Of a stretch of DNA of 64,000 nucleotides, positions 63,668-64,000 are shown in pieces. The stretch covers positions 1,612,001-1,676,000 of the forward strand of contig OZ210885.1 of the NCBI GenBank assembly GCA_964658305.1. Direction: 5' to 3'. The translations under genes were made by a program, and so were the position numbers. Source of the stretch: Leptogorgia sarmentosa. Lineage: Eukaryota. The notes below the pieces were generated by a model. It had not been told where the DNA came from, searched no databases, and saw nothing but the letters and a program-made list of their open reading frames with translations. The stretch's first letter is position 1. Every line of letters begins with the position of its first letter.

Positions 63668-64000
63668 GTACAGTGTTGTATTATGTCATTTTGTTCTTAC
63701 ACTTCATATATAGATGAACCTAACCTGTAAGTGAAAATTTCAATGAACTGGTGTCAAGTAGGAATAGTTAGGAAATAAGACTTAAGTTGGCCATATTTGA
63801 TGCATAAGAGATACTTAATTAATTCATAAATATACAAATTACAGTAAATATCAGGAAGTAGTCTTGTTTAATGGAGAAATTTCAATAACATTAGGGAAAA
63901 AATGCAATATGTAAGTGCTATTATAATTATTCACTTTCAGGAGTCACCAAGGGCGTCAATCCGTCCCAAAAAGTGGGGGGGGGGACCATAAGCGTACGAG

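Overview
AT-rich, intron-rich animal genomic DNA; gene content and repeat style suggest an anthozoan cnidarian (inference). Host genes, in order: two tandem secreted PAN/apple + fibrinogen-domain (FReD) genes, a small 4-TM MS4A-like gene, a secreted protein with a fibrinogen-type YCD..GGGW N-terminus, a partly triplicated J-domain (DnaJ) gene on the minus strand, a 12-exon NDUFA9, and the 5' end of a CYP4-clan P450. The main feature is an 18.2-kb DNA transposon (44321-62505) with 97-bp TIRs and a 7-bp TSD (CACCATT), inserted about 180 bp upstream of the P450 ATG. It carries (i) a 16-exon Kyakuja-Dileera-Zisupton (KDZ) DDE transposase, (ii) a 43-bp satellite that switches polarity internally, and (iii) a convergent, fully in-phase 13-exon gene of about 850 aa. 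That cargo protein appears to join a homeodomain-like region, an HMG box, a GTF2I/TFII-I repeat, an En/Spm-Tnp1-like region, a PHD finger and a PWWP3/MUM1 C-terminal-like domain. Many MITEs, a tRNA-derived SINE and hammerhead-like motifs are also present. All exon models and domain calls were made by eye from splice signals, phase and remembered family motifs; no database search was run.
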